Shown here in pieces: positions 45,300-55,270 of a stretch of DNA of 64,000 bases; the first letter of the stretch is position 1, and each line of letters opens with the position of its first letter. Under the pieces are notes generated by a model that worked only from the letters and a program-made list of their open reading frames with translations, was not told the origin of the DNA and did not search any database. Made by a program: the position numbers and the translations under genes. The stretch comes from Candidatus Poribacteria bacterium (GTDB lineage Bacteria; Poribacteria; WGA-4E; PCPOR2b), in assembly GCA_965198175.1 (NCBI GenBank), contig OZ240245.1, positions 192,001 through 256,000 of the forward strand, read 5' to 3'.

Positions 45300-45420
45300 A
45301 CAATGTGGGTGCGTCAATGTCTTACTTAGGCAAAGGCGCGGACTGGGCCGCCATAGGTATCAACCAAAACGGCAACAGGTCGGTCTCTACTTGGGATAAA
45401 AACTGCTATCGACAGTTAGG
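45300..45420 (+). pseudogene. Degenerate C-terminal fragment of the 43833 family
   Basis: AIGINQNGNRSVSTWDKNCYRQ versus VLHVNEYGNGVLSLWDKRGYRL. Confidence 0.55.
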
Positions 45421-45595
45421 CAGAGCTATCCCCGACTGCTACCTTAGTTAACGGCGGGTTTGTCGATCGCTTTCAAGTATTGAATCCGGAATTAGCTGAT
45501 ATACTATCGCCAAAATAGATGGATACCATTTAAATGCCATTTCTAATTCCGACTTTCGAATTAATTTGGACACATCATGTAATTACAATTCCACT

Positions 45596-45985
45596 TCATT
45601 TGTATGGTCGTTCAGCAATATCAATCTCATTCTTGATATTTCCCTGAAGTCCAACAGTGTCAATCCTAACCTCTACACCCGGTTTGTCAGTGACGATTCT
45701 GTATTCTTTGTTCGATTCTAACCTCACGCGATTATCACCTTTTCCGTCAATATAACAATCGTCAGAAAAACCTTTCTTTTTTAGTTTTTTTAATACAATT
45801 GCACACTTCCACTCTCCACTTGAGTTTTTCGTTCGACCCTCAACTGTGACCCTCTCAGGACAAGATTCAAAGTCAATTTTGCATTCTACATGGATATGAT
45901 GATTAGCACCATCCTTCAAAGTTTCAAAAGGCTTCGATTCGGTTTCTGTTGAATTGAGTTGTGGACAAGGCAATTTATCTTGCAT
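45596..45985 (-). CDS. Hypothetical protein
   Basis: ORF with GGAGG before MQDKLPC; no recognised motif. Confidence 0.5.
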   Translation of the reverse strand: MQDKLPCPQLNSTETESKPFETLKDGANHHIHVECKIDFESCPERVTVEGRTKNSSGEWKCAIVLKKLKKKGFSDDCYIDGKGDNRVRLESNKEYRIVTDKPGVEVRIDTVGLQGNIKNEIDIAERPYK

Positions 45986-46298
45986 CGTGAATCCTCCAAA
46001 CGTGTAACAATTCCGTAAAATCTTCTGTTTTAACAATAGTTTAGTAGAATCTCATAGTTATTTTACGATATACACTGCACGGGTGCAAGAATTTCCTGTC
46101 GTCAAGGTTACCCTTATTGGTGAAATATTGAGGGAAATATAGTTGAACACAACAAAAATCAACTTCATTTTTAATCTCCTTTTGAATGGGTTGGATTTGC
46201 TTTTCAGCAGATATAGACAGATCAAAATGTTCCGCTATGAGACTCCCATTTGTCAAGAGAAAAATGAGGTCAATTTAGGAATTTAACCATGAATGACT

Positions 46299-47117
46299 GG
46301 TTCTGTTGACATTTGTTTATATGGTTGTGGCATAATAGAAGAATGATGCCTATAACCTTACCTGATGTCCATTGGAGAAAAATATACCAGTTTCTTCTAA
46401 GCTGTTCCAACATCTATGTCCGTAACGAATCCGGAACCCGACGATTCGTCGAAGCCGTGCTGTGGGTAGCTCGCAGCGGTGCGCAATGGAGATTATTACC
46501 AAACGCCTATGGCAATTGGAACTCGGTGTACAAGCGGTTTAGTAACTGGTGCGACATAGGAGTTTTCACACAGATACACTGTTACTTCACTTCTGACTCA
46601 GATATAGAGTCGCTTATTATTGACACTACCATTTGCCGGGCTCACCCATGCACGGCGGGCGCCTCAAAAAAACGGAGGTACCGAAAACCAAGCGTTAGGA
46701 CGCTCTCGCGGCGGTTTCAGCACCAAGATTCACATCACAGTTGACGCACTGGGTAATCCGCTTAGACTCCATCTAACCCCCGGTCAGAGACATGACATAG
46801 CTGAAGCCGAAGCTTTGATAGTTGGATATAACAGCGAGCATGTAATTGGAGACAAGGGGTACGACTCGGACGACTTTATCACGGTTATTGAGACGAATGG
46901 AGCCACGGCGGTGATACCGCCTCGACGTAATCGTGGTGCTCAAAGAACATACGACCGACATTTATACAAAGAGAGACATCTGGTTGAATGTTTCATCAAC
47001 AAGATAAAATGGTATCGTCGTATCTTTTCTCGTTTCGAGAAACTGGCTGCCCGTTATTTTGGATTTCTGAGTTTTGTCTCTACTCTTATCTGGCTACGTT
47101 GAAATGTCAACAGAACC
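46299..47117 (+). mobile_element. IS5-family insertion sequence (IS427-like)
   Basis: Perfect 16-bp IRs GGTTCTGTTGACATTT / AAATGTCAACAGAACC. Confidence 0.92.
46343..47102 (+). CDS. IS5-family transposase in two ORFs, likely -1 programmed frameshift
   Basis: orfA 'GAQWRLLP..YGNWNSVYKRF'; orfB 'LGRSRGGFSTKIH', 'DKGYDSD', 'YKERHLVECFINKIK'; A7 run near 46666. Confidence 0.9.
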
Positions 47118-47163
47118 TAGCAATGAAACGAATTAACCGGAATTTTAACTCCGGATTACAACC

Positions 47164-48414
47164 ATGAATACAGCATCCTCGACCAATCCCCAGGACTACT
47201 ATCTTGAAGAAATGTCCAGAATTACTAGCGAGATAGTAAAACAATCAGGCACCGCCAACTGCATCTACCGTGGAGAACCTGAAACGTACGATCAAGAACC
47301 ATTCTGCGGCAAGGTATCCTCAACTCTCTACCGCACTGCCCCCGTCATGCCTGACTCGGGCAAAATCAGTATGCCAAACTTACAGCAAGGAATCCTTTAC
47401 CAAGTCAGACGCTACATCCCCGCATACGAATATAAAGATAAATTTGAAATATTAACTGAACTTCAACATTACGGAGCTGAAACCAATCTGATAAATTTTA
47501 CTTCCGACTACAGCATCGCTCTCTTCTTTGCCTGCAACGGCTTTCATGACAAAGATGGTAGAGTTATCTTGATGGAAACAACAGATGAAACAAAAGAAAA
47601 ATACTGTATTCGCGAACCTGAGAGTGCGCAAAACAGCGTGCTCGCTCAGAAGAGTGTGTTCGTCCAGCCGCCTGACGGTTACATCGCCTCTGAAGACATT
47701 CGCATTTTTCTTGTACCGGCCCGCCTTAAACAGTGGATTTTGATTCACCTTGCAAAAATCAGGAACATCTCCACGCAATCCGTCTTCAACGACCTACATG
47801 GATTCATACGCCACCGGAATTTGACTTGGTCGGACGGTCCCAAACGACCCCTTTTTCCAGCGGAGAAAACATATAACGAGATGCTTCGTTCCAAACACGC
47901 GTCTATCGAAGAAAAGAAGCAAAAGATTTTCCCGCTGATTAAAGCCTACACTTCAGCAATACAATATTCTTCGTACGACGCTACAATCTATGTTAAACTA
48001 GCACTATGTTACGCAAAAACGCGTGAACTCAAGAGGGCAATTGAGACCTTAACCAAAGCTATCTATTTGAAAGATGATTATGCCTACGCTTATATGGTTC
48101 GCGGTGGGTTTTACTCTCTACTGAAGGAACATGACCGTAGCATAAAGGATTACACGAGCGTGATATCACTCCAACCCAGCTTTCTACCCAAAGTTTATAT
48201 TTATCGTGGTAGAGAATGGTTAAAATTGGAAAGATGGAACAATGCCCGATCGGATTTACTGTTTGCAAAGGAGAACGGAGAGGAGATTGTTGCTGAATTC
48301 AGTTATTACCACACTAGCGTCGGCGACTTTGAGCAGAAATTTGGTGTGAAATTGCCTCCAGACATCGCCGCAATGCTACACCGTGGAGAGCCGCCTCAAA
48401 CACACGGAGAATAA
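47164..48414 (+). CDS. FRG-domain protein with C-terminal TPRs
   Basis: 'IYRGE', 'LQHYGAETNLINFTSD..IALFFAC', 'LAQKSVF'; TPR helices. Confidence 0.85.
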   Translation: MNTASSTNPQDYYLEEMSRITSEIVKQSGTANCIYRGEPETYDQEPFCGKVSSTLYRTAPVMPDSGKISMPNLQQGILYQVRRYIPAYEYKDKFEILTELQHYGAETNLINFTSDYSIALFFACNGFHDKDGRVILMETTDETKEKYCIREPESAQNSVLAQKSVFVQPPDGYIASEDIRIFLVPARLKQWILIHLAKIRNISTQSVFNDLHGFIRHRNLTWSDGPKRPLFPAEKTYNEMLRSKHASIEEKKQKIFPLIKAYTSAIQYSSYDATIYVKLALCYAKTRELKRAIETLTKAIYLKDDYAYAYMVRGGFYSLLKEHDRSIKDYTSVISLQPSFLPKVYIYRGREWLKLERWNNARSDLLFAKENGEEIVAEFSYYHTSVGDFEQKFGVKLPPDIAAMLHRGEPPQTHGE

Positions 48415-48617
48415 GCGCATGGATAAACCAACAAACAACCGTGCATATCGGCAGCAAACACACACACCCAACTCGACAATCAAATAGACTGGATCGCAAT
48501 CGCGCCCGATGTCGTACCTTGTGGTGGATGTGCGCTTTCCCTGTGTCAATGCCTAAGGCAAATTAGCCTATTAACGTAAAAAAGGTTTACGACATGGCTT
48601 TCGAACATCCGAAACGG

Positions 48618-48899
48618 CTATGACTTTTTCCTCGAATGAAATTGGGCGATAAAGTCGAGATGGTTTTGCAGCATAGTCGCTAACATCGCGTCTTGTTTGT
48701 CCAATCGTCGATTGATATCATCTATCCTTCGATCCATCTCTGATGCCCTCTGATCCATGCGATTTTCTAACATTCTAGCTTGTGTCTGCACCTCCTTTTT
48801 TAGCCCTTTGCGCAAGTTCCCATTCGCTTTCCAACCGAAACCTACTATCACGATAATAGTCCCCACCGTATGCAAAACATCCATCAAATACGCATCCAT
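48618..48899 (-). CDS. Small protein with N-terminal TM and coiled coil
   Basis: TVGTIIVIVGFGW followed by heptad-rich 'MDRRIDDINRRLD'; RBS AGGGGG. Confidence 0.75.
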   Translation of the reverse strand: MDAYLMDVLHTVGTIIVIVGFGWKANGNLRKGLKKEVQTQARMLENRMDQRASEMDRRIDDINRRLDKQDAMLATMLQNHLDFIAQFHSRKKS

Positions 48900-48919
48900 G
48901 ATTTACCCCCTTTTAATTG

Positions 48920-49099
48920 TCATTTCCCATATTTGAACTGTGATTGTCCCATTCTGCCAGCTCTGCACTTGTATAGTGAGCGTACATCTTGGCATCCTTC
49001 CATTCTCCAGCAGTCTACATATCCACCACCGGCGATCGATTCCGTTGTTTCGGCAGAAATAATCAGATGATTATCATTCACTCGTTGGATTGTGCCCAT
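48920..49099 (-). CDS. Candidate 59-aa peptide with double-glycine-like leader
   Basis: RBS AAGGAG; MGTIQRVNDNHLIISAETTESIAGG-GYVDCWRMEGCQDVRSLYKCRAGRMGQSQFKYGK. Confidence 0.4.
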   Translation of the reverse strand: MGTIQRVNDNHLIISAETTESIAGGGYVDCWRMEGCQDVRSLYKCRAGRMGQSQFKYGK

Positions 49100-49177
49100 C
49101 GTAATCTCCTTGCGCTTCTACCGATACCCGTGTTTGTCCTACGTCAATCGCTGTTCCCATATCACTCAAAAAGCAAG

Positions 49178-49206
49178 TTGACACACGCTAATACTTGTGT
49201 TAGAAT
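49178..49206 (+). promoter_or_regulatory. Strong sigma70-type promoter, copy 2
   Basis: TTGACA-N17-TAGAAT. Confidence 0.75.
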
Positions 49207-49207
49207 G

Positions 49208-49532
49208 GCGCAGTATTTCATTGTTTGCGATTTGTGGTGTGGAACAGAACCCCCTTAACACGTGGCACGTGTCGGCCCCTATTGACGAAAAACCCATCAA
49301 TGGGAATTGGCATTAATTGGGTTCGATAATCACTTGCTAAGCCGAAGGAAGGTGCTTTAGCAGAAATCTTGTTTAATGTTTTAGGAGCGATTCGGGGGCT
49401 AAAAAAAATGGAGCACGAGAGAGGTAAATTTCCGCCGGTCCAGAATGGTAAGCATACATTCATGGACATGAGAATTTCATCATCAGCGAAAACAAAGTTC
49501 TCGCACTCCTTGGGTAGGTTTGACTCTAAAGG
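49208..49532 (+). ncRNA. Candidate structured ncRNA, copy 2
   Basis: Homolog of 41000-41325; converges on the HMA gene stop. Confidence 0.45.
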
Positions 49533-49898
49533 TTAGTTCGTTGCTGCGGCGCTGAATCCGGCTTGTTTGACAGCGTCAGTAAGTTGTGCAACTGAGGCTT
49601 TGCCTGTATCGCACTGGACTACTGCTTTACCTTCCGCTTGGGAAACATCGACACTAATCACGCCAGGCACCTGAGTGAGTGCAGACTGCACTCTGGCTAC
49701 ACAGCCGCCTCATGTCATTCCCGTAACCGCTAACGTGATTTCTTTAGCAGCAGCCATTGATGGCTCTTCAGCAGTGGCATCAGTAGCTTCACTGGTTTGC
49801 TGCGATGTTTCTGGAGCCTGTTCCATTTTCTCTGAAGCGCAGCCGATGACCAAAATCATTGCCATGCAACAGAGTAGAGCGAACTGCAATAAACGCAT
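49533..49898 (-). CDS. HMA-domain (MerP/CopZ-like) lipoprotein, probable selenoprotein (UxxC)
   Basis: Lipobox VIGC; ITLAVTGMT-TGA-GGCVARVQSALTQVPGVISVDVS..GKAVV..QLTDAVKQAGF in one frame; hairpin GAGTGCA-GTC-TGCACTC after the TGA. Confidence 0.85.
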
Positions 49899-50066
49899 TT
49901 TGAGGAACCTCCTATTCAAATAAAGATTTAAGAATGCTGTTATTCTACGTCATTGCATCACATTTTGTCAAACATAATCGGAACGAAGCGTGAAATGTAA
50001 ATTCAATGCGATCGCAGCCCTAAGCGTTCAGGATATAAACTCAGGGACACATTTAGCCACGCCCTT

Positions 50067-52532
50067 ATGAAACGATTGTCCTGGATTTTCGCCCTATTTC
50101 TTGTTTTATCCCCCTCAATTTCCAACGTAACTGCTCAGAGCAGTTACCATGAAACAACGACCTCCCAAAATGACGAAAATATCCACTCGCTCGCGCAAGA
50201 TGTTCAAATTGTCCCGGCGCCTATCACAGAATCAACCAACTCCCAAGCAAATTTGACATCACCTGCTCCTCGTCAATCAAAAGATTGGAGCACAATTATC
50301 AGGTCCGCCGGTATCGAGCCCGATGCCGAAAAGTGTCTAGATTGTCACTTCAACGGACAATCTTCCACGCAAGCGCACTCCGGAAATCACCTGAATCTCC
50401 ACTGCCCGGAGATATTTGGTTGTACGCTCTGCCATGGCGGGGATGCGGGGGCAACCGAGATGCAAGAAGCACACATTTCTACAGACGAATTTCCATTTTT
50501 TAAAGGTCGTCGTGTGGAGGCGGCTTGTGGAAAATGTCACACTGCGCCCGCGGTGCCAGGCGCCCTCTCGCTCTCCGGTGGAAGATTTGTGCTAAATAAA
50601 TATGGCTGCTTGACTTGCCACGACCTACCCATAGAAATCCCCATAGCGCGGTATGCTCCTCGTCTAGATACCGTTGGCAACAAAGTCACAAAAACATGGC
50701 TGAGACAGTGGCTTGAAGATCCAACGATTTATCTTCCAGAATCAAAGATGCCAAAAATTGAGATGTCTGAGCATGAGCGAGAAACCATCGTCGAATTTCT
50801 CATGGCCTTACGGAATGATGGACTTTTCCAAACGATTACTGGAACAGGTAACGCCGAAAATGGCAGGAAGATTTTCGTAACGAATGAATGCCAATCTTGT
50901 CATGCATCGGATGGAGCGAATGACAGCCCAGGTCCCAATCTTGAACAGGTCGGAACGAAAATAAATCGCTTATGGCTCATGACCTATCTCCGAAACCCCG
51001 CGGCGCTCCATCCGCATACAAAAATGCCCGACTACGAGTTTTCAGACCAGGCAATTTTAGATGTGAGTGAATATCTGTTGAGTCATTTTTCTGATGGCAA
51101 AACCCCATTGGAAACATTCCCTGATAATGCTTCCAATCCCTCCCAAGCTAGCGAAGGTTTCAAACACTATATCAGCAAAGGATGCGCTCAGTGTCATGGC
51201 ATCACGAAATATATGGAGGTGAATGTCACTGGAAAACTGAAGGCGTGGGATATTGAGGAAGCCATCGAGCGAATTCAAACACATCGTGGAGTCAACATCG
51301 AAACCCCAGAAATTGACATTCCTGAGTCGGACCTGGAATTGATGAAGAACCCCCTTTTGGCAATGCAACAAAATGATACTTATAAACTGCTCAGATACAA
51401 TTTGGGCGAGAGGTCTCCGAGAGATATAAGTCAATTTTTGTCGAAATTTTGGCAGTTTCCAATCCCTCTTCAGGGTGAACCGCCCGAATATTACAGCAAA
51501 ACGGTGACTCCACTCACCCCTGAATCCTGTGGAAATTGCCATACCAAACAGTGGGAAGATTGGAAAACCACCCGTCATGCAGTGGCGCTGGGACCTGGGG
51601 TTTGGGGACAGCTAATCGGGCAAACACCCCGATTTATTGAGAGTTGCTCTCCCTGCCATGCACCATTAGCTGAACAACATCAGCATTTACCAACGCCGCA
51701 AGGTGGACATGTCTTAAACCAACAGTACGATGCACAACTACAATCTCAGGGGCTTGCTTGCGCCGCGTGTCACGTCCGAGCGCACCAACGGTTCGGTCCC
51801 CCGTTCTCAGAAATTGCGTCCGCAGCAAGTGTTTTTGGCGAAGGGCACCACGGTGGCGCGGTGGCAAGTCGCGCCTACAAGGATTCTGCCTTCTGCAAGC
51901 CGTGTCATCAGTTTGAGCAGAACGGGTTTAGTCTGAATGACAAACTTCTAGAAAATACATACAATGAGTGGATTGACAGTCCTCATGCCAAACAGGGGGA
52001 AACCTGCCAATCGTGTCACATGCCTGACCGCCGTCATCAGTGGCGCGGTATCCATGACCCCGATACTGTGCGAAACGCCCTCAATTTAGATGTCCATGTA
52101 AAAAATCAGCGCAAAATCATCGAAGCCGACATCCGGTTGACGAATGCGGGAGCGGGTCACTACTTGCCAACCTACATCACGCCCGCAATATTTGTCACCG
52201 TGCGGATGCTGGATGCCACTGGAAATCCTGTTCATGACACCGAACAGGTGCGAGCAATTCAACGACGGGCGCCATTGACGTTAGACCGGGAATTATTCGA
52301 CACGCGCATCCCCCCAGGCGGGACATGGGTGTATACCTATAAAGCTTCGAGATCCGAACAGGCGAAATCCCTTGAAATCCGCATTGATGTCCATCCAGAC
52401 CACTTCTATAATGGATTTTTTAAGATATTCCGCGCCAAAAGTCCAGAGGCGCAACAACACATTGTCGAAGCGCTTGAAACCACTGAAAAGAGTCCCTACC
52501 TATTGTTGACCGAGCAGATACCCTTGGAGTAA
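50067..52532 (+). CDS. Multiheme cytochrome c (11 CxxCH motifs)
   Basis: Signal peptide; CLDCH, CTLCH, CGKCH, CLTCH, CQSCH, CAQCH, CGNCH, CSPCH, CAACH, CKPCH, CQSCH. Confidence 0.92.
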   Translation: MKRLSWIFALFLVLSPSISNVTAQSSYHETTTSQNDENIHSLAQDVQIVPAPITESTNSQANLTSPAPRQSKDWSTIIRSAGIEPDAEKCLDCHFNGQSSTQAHSGNHLNLHCPEIFGCTLCHGGDAGATEMQEAHISTDEFPFFKGRRVEAACGKCHTAPAVPGALSLSGGRFVLNKYGCLTCHDLPIEIPIARYAPRLDTVGNKVTKTWLRQWLEDPTIYLPESKMPKIEMSEHERETIVEFLMALRNDGLFQTITGTGNAENGRKIFVTNECQSCHASDGANDSPGPNLEQVGTKINRLWLMTYLRNPAALHPHTKMPDYEFSDQAILDVSEYLLSHFSDGKTPLETFPDNASNPSQASEGFKHYISKGCAQCHGITKYMEVNVTGKLKAWDIEEAIERIQTHRGVNIETPEIDIPESDLELMKNPLLAMQQNDTYKLLRYNLGERSPRDISQFLSKFWQFPIPLQGEPPEYYSKTVTPLTPESCGNCHTKQWEDWKTTRHAVALGPGVWGQLIGQTPRFIESCSPCHAPLAEQHQHLPTPQGGHVLNQQYDAQLQSQGLACAACHVRAHQRFGPPFSEIASAASVFGEGHHGGAVASRAYKDSAFCKPCHQFEQNGFSLNDKLLENTYNEWIDSPHAKQGETCQSCHMPDRRHQWRGIHDPDTVRNALNLDVHVKNQRKIIEADIRLTNAGAGHYLPTYITPAIFVTVRMLDATGNPVHDTEQVRAIQRRAPLTLDRELFDTRIPPGGTWVYTYKASRSEQAKSLEIRIDVHPDHFYNGFFKIFRAKSPEAQQHIVEALETTEKSPYLLLTEQIPLE

Positions 52533-52538
52533 AGCAAA

Positions 52539-54761
52539 ATGAGGATTCAATATTTGATTAGATGGCTGTCTGCCCTTTTTCTGTTGATAATCATCGTCTA
52601 TTGCCACTGTCCCGTTGCTTACGCCGCTCAAGTCCAAAATTCTCCCGAATTTGACCAAGCCGTTAAACGCTACCGGAATCGGATTCACAAAGATCCGAAA
52701 AATCTAGCCTTGCACCGCGAGCTGATAGAGCATGCGCAGCAAACTAACCGATTCGAAATTCCACTCCATATCTACAAAACCGCATACCAAAAGCAGCCGA
52801 CAAATACAATCGTCCTCTACGTCTTAGGATACACCTATCTCAGAGAGGGATCCGAATCGTCGCTCATGAAAGCGGAAAAGTTCCTAGAGACTGCAATAGA
52901 AGAGCGTCCACAGTTTGCAGACGCTTATGTTGCCTTAGGTAAGTGCTATGCGGCACAGCGGAAAACCGAAGATGCGATGGAGGCGTACCAAAGAAGCGTA
53001 CAGCTTAATCCCGAGCTCTGGGAGACTCACCTTGAATTGGGCAATTACTACCGGGATGCAAGAAACTATCAGAGTGCGATTGAACACTACACAGAATCTC
53101 TTAGAGCCCGTCCCAAGGCTTCCGAAATCCATTTTAATCTTGGCACGCTGTACCGCAAAACTGGAGACCTTGAATCTGCTCGCCAAGCCTTTTCACTAGC
53201 AATAAAACATGACAAACGTTATGCTGATGCTTACTATCAGTTGGGACAAATCTTCGCTTTGCAGCAAAAGCCGAAGGAAGCTCTGAAGCAATATCGTAAG
53301 GGACGCGAGTTTGAACCAAAGAACGCGAAAGCTCGCTATCAACTCGCACTCATCTTCTTGGATGGAGACGACGGGCGCCACGCAATCTTGGCTCTACGGA
53401 GCGCACTGGCGATTGATGCCAAATACACAGAATACGTGAATCTGTTGAATAATGTGAGCACGTTGGATGCGGTGGAAATTGCCGCACAGATTCTTCAAAA
53501 GCATCCTGATAATGCAGAACTTCAGCACTTCGTGGGCATGCTGTTCCTGAAAATCGGCCAATGGGAGACTGCTCAAGCCCATCTCGAACGAGCAAAAGCG
53601 CTTGATCCAAACAATGCTGATGTCCGCTTCACACTTGCTGAGAGCTATGAGCAGAAAGCGCCGGACACAGCAATCGAAGAATATAAGCAGGCAGCGGAAC
53701 TCGGCAAAACAAGACTCGATCTCTTACTAAAGCTGGTTAAAAGGTATCGGCAGGAAAAAAACTTTGAAAAGTTTCAGCAGATCGCCCAGCAGATTTTGAC
53801 GATAGATGCAAATCAACCCGAAATTCATTATCAACTGTCAAACTATTATGATGAACAATCTCATCGGAAAAAGCAAGCTGGCGAAGAAGAGGAAGCAGAG
53901 GAGCTACTCAATTTGGCAATCGAACACGCGAATAAGGCAGCTAAACTAGCTCCTAAGGTTGCAGCGTACCATCTCAAACTCGCAACATTTTTTGATCGAC
54001 AGAAGCAACTCAAAGCAATTCGTTTCTATGACAAGGCAATCGAACTAGACCCATATAACCCAGAAGCGTATTACCGTCGTGGGATTTTCATGTCCAGTTA
54101 CACATTTGGTGAGGCGAAGGTATTGCTCTATAATCCCAAAGATGTCATGGACGACCTGCAAAAAGCCATACAACTCGATCCAAATCTAGCAGGCGCTCAC
54201 TACGCCCTTGGGGTCGCCTACGATCGAATGGGCGACGTGCAAAACGCGATGGTGGAATTCGAGAAAGCAGGAAATCTCGATCACAGCGATCCAAGACCTC
54301 ATCTTTATCTTGGAGAAAAATATGCCAATGCCGGACAGTTTCACGCGGCGATAGCCGCTTTCGCGAAAGCCATCAAAGCTGCTCCGGAAAATGTCGAAGC
54401 CCTTAAAGACTACGCCTTCTTGTGTCTCGCCCACGATGAAGAACGTGGGTGGAGGCAGGCAAAACGCGCGCTCGAAAAAGCCATTCAGATTCGACCTAAC
54501 GACGCAGAAATCCTGATGAATTACGGATACACACTCTACCTGAGCCGGAATAATAACGAAGCAATTGACCACTATATTCGTTCTATTGAACTCAAACCCG
54601 ATTGGCCGCTTAGCCGCTATAATCTTGCAATTGCTTATGAGCAAATAGGCAAGAAAGAACTCGCCTTGGCAGAATACCAGAAAGTAGCCAAACTCGATCC
54701 GGAAGGACTTCACGCCGAAAAGGCGATGAAACGAATCCAAATCCTGACGGATGAAGATTAA
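52539..54761 (+). CDS. Large TPR-repeat protein with signal peptide
   Basis: Many TPR motifs, e.g. 'ADAYVALGKCY' and 'AHYALGVAY'. Confidence 0.9.
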   Translation: MRIQYLIRWLSALFLLIIIVYCHCPVAYAAQVQNSPEFDQAVKRYRNRIHKDPKNLALHRELIEHAQQTNRFEIPLHIYKTAYQKQPTNTIVLYVLGYTYLREGSESSLMKAEKFLETAIEERPQFADAYVALGKCYAAQRKTEDAMEAYQRSVQLNPELWETHLELGNYYRDARNYQSAIEHYTESLRARPKASEIHFNLGTLYRKTGDLESARQAFSLAIKHDKRYADAYYQLGQIFALQQKPKEALKQYRKGREFEPKNAKARYQLALIFLDGDDGRHAILALRSALAIDAKYTEYVNLLNNVSTLDAVEIAAQILQKHPDNAELQHFVGMLFLKIGQWETAQAHLERAKALDPNNADVRFTLAESYEQKAPDTAIEEYKQAAELGKTRLDLLLKLVKRYRQEKNFEKFQQIAQQILTIDANQPEIHYQLSNYYDEQSHRKKQAGEEEEAEELLNLAIEHANKAAKLAPKVAAYHLKLATFFDRQKQLKAIRFYDKAIELDPYNPEAYYRRGIFMSSYTFGEAKVLLYNPKDVMDDLQKAIQLDPNLAGAHYALGVAYDRMGDVQNAMVEFEKAGNLDHSDPRPHLYLGEKYANAGQFHAAIAAFAKAIKAAPENVEALKDYAFLCLAHDEERGWRQAKRALEKAIQIRPNDAEILMNYGYTLYLSRNNNEAIDHYIRSIELKPDWPLSRYNLAIAYEQIGKKELALAEYQKVAKLDPEGLHAEKAMKRIQILTDED

Positions 54762-54845
54762 TGCAAAAGAAGAATTGAAGTCCCTTCGATACGGAAATCT
54801 TGTGTTCTCTACGAATCATTCACATTCAATAGGAGGTTCATTACT

Positions 54846-55268
54846 ATGCCAAAACCCTTACCTTTACAGTCAATCAACCACGTGTCTTTCGATGTCGCCG
54901 ACTTGGAAGCGAGCATGGCGTTCTATCGCGATGTACTTGGATTCCAGCGAATTCGTCGTCCGCACTTCCCGTTAGCACCAGGTATTTGGCTGTACAATTA
55001 CGGTCTTCAACTTCATCTGAAGCAACCGAGAAACGCAAAGTTTAAGGAAGTATCACAAGAGCACAAGCTCTCAGTCACTGCGGATCATATGGCTTTTTAC
55101 GTTCCAGACACCGATGAAGTCGAACGCTTGCTGAAGGAGCATGACGTTCCCTACAGAGCGCTATTCGTCGAGGAAGCAGGCATCACGATGGTGTTTTTTC
55201 AGGACCCCGATGGCAATCATCTTGAGGCAGGCACTTACCCGCCGCCCGTCGAGTTTGTGGAAAATTGA
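54846..55268 (+). CDS. VOC/glyoxalase-family protein
   Basis: 'INHVSFDVADLEASMAFYRDVLG', 'DHMAF', 'FFQDPDGNHLE'. Confidence 0.92.
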   Translation: MPKPLPLQSINHVSFDVADLEASMAFYRDVLGFQRIRRPHFPLAPGIWLYNYGLQLHLKQPRNAKFKEVSQEHKLSVTADHMAFYVPDTDEVERLLKEHDVPYRALFVEEAGITMVFFQDPDGNHLEAGTYPPPVEFVEN

Positions 55269-55270
55269 GC

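Larger units (their letters stand above)
48541..49573 (+). repeat. Diverged long direct repeat, copy 2
   Basis: Colinear with 40491-41362; the last ~40 nt are the 3' end of the HMA gene. Confidence 0.92.
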
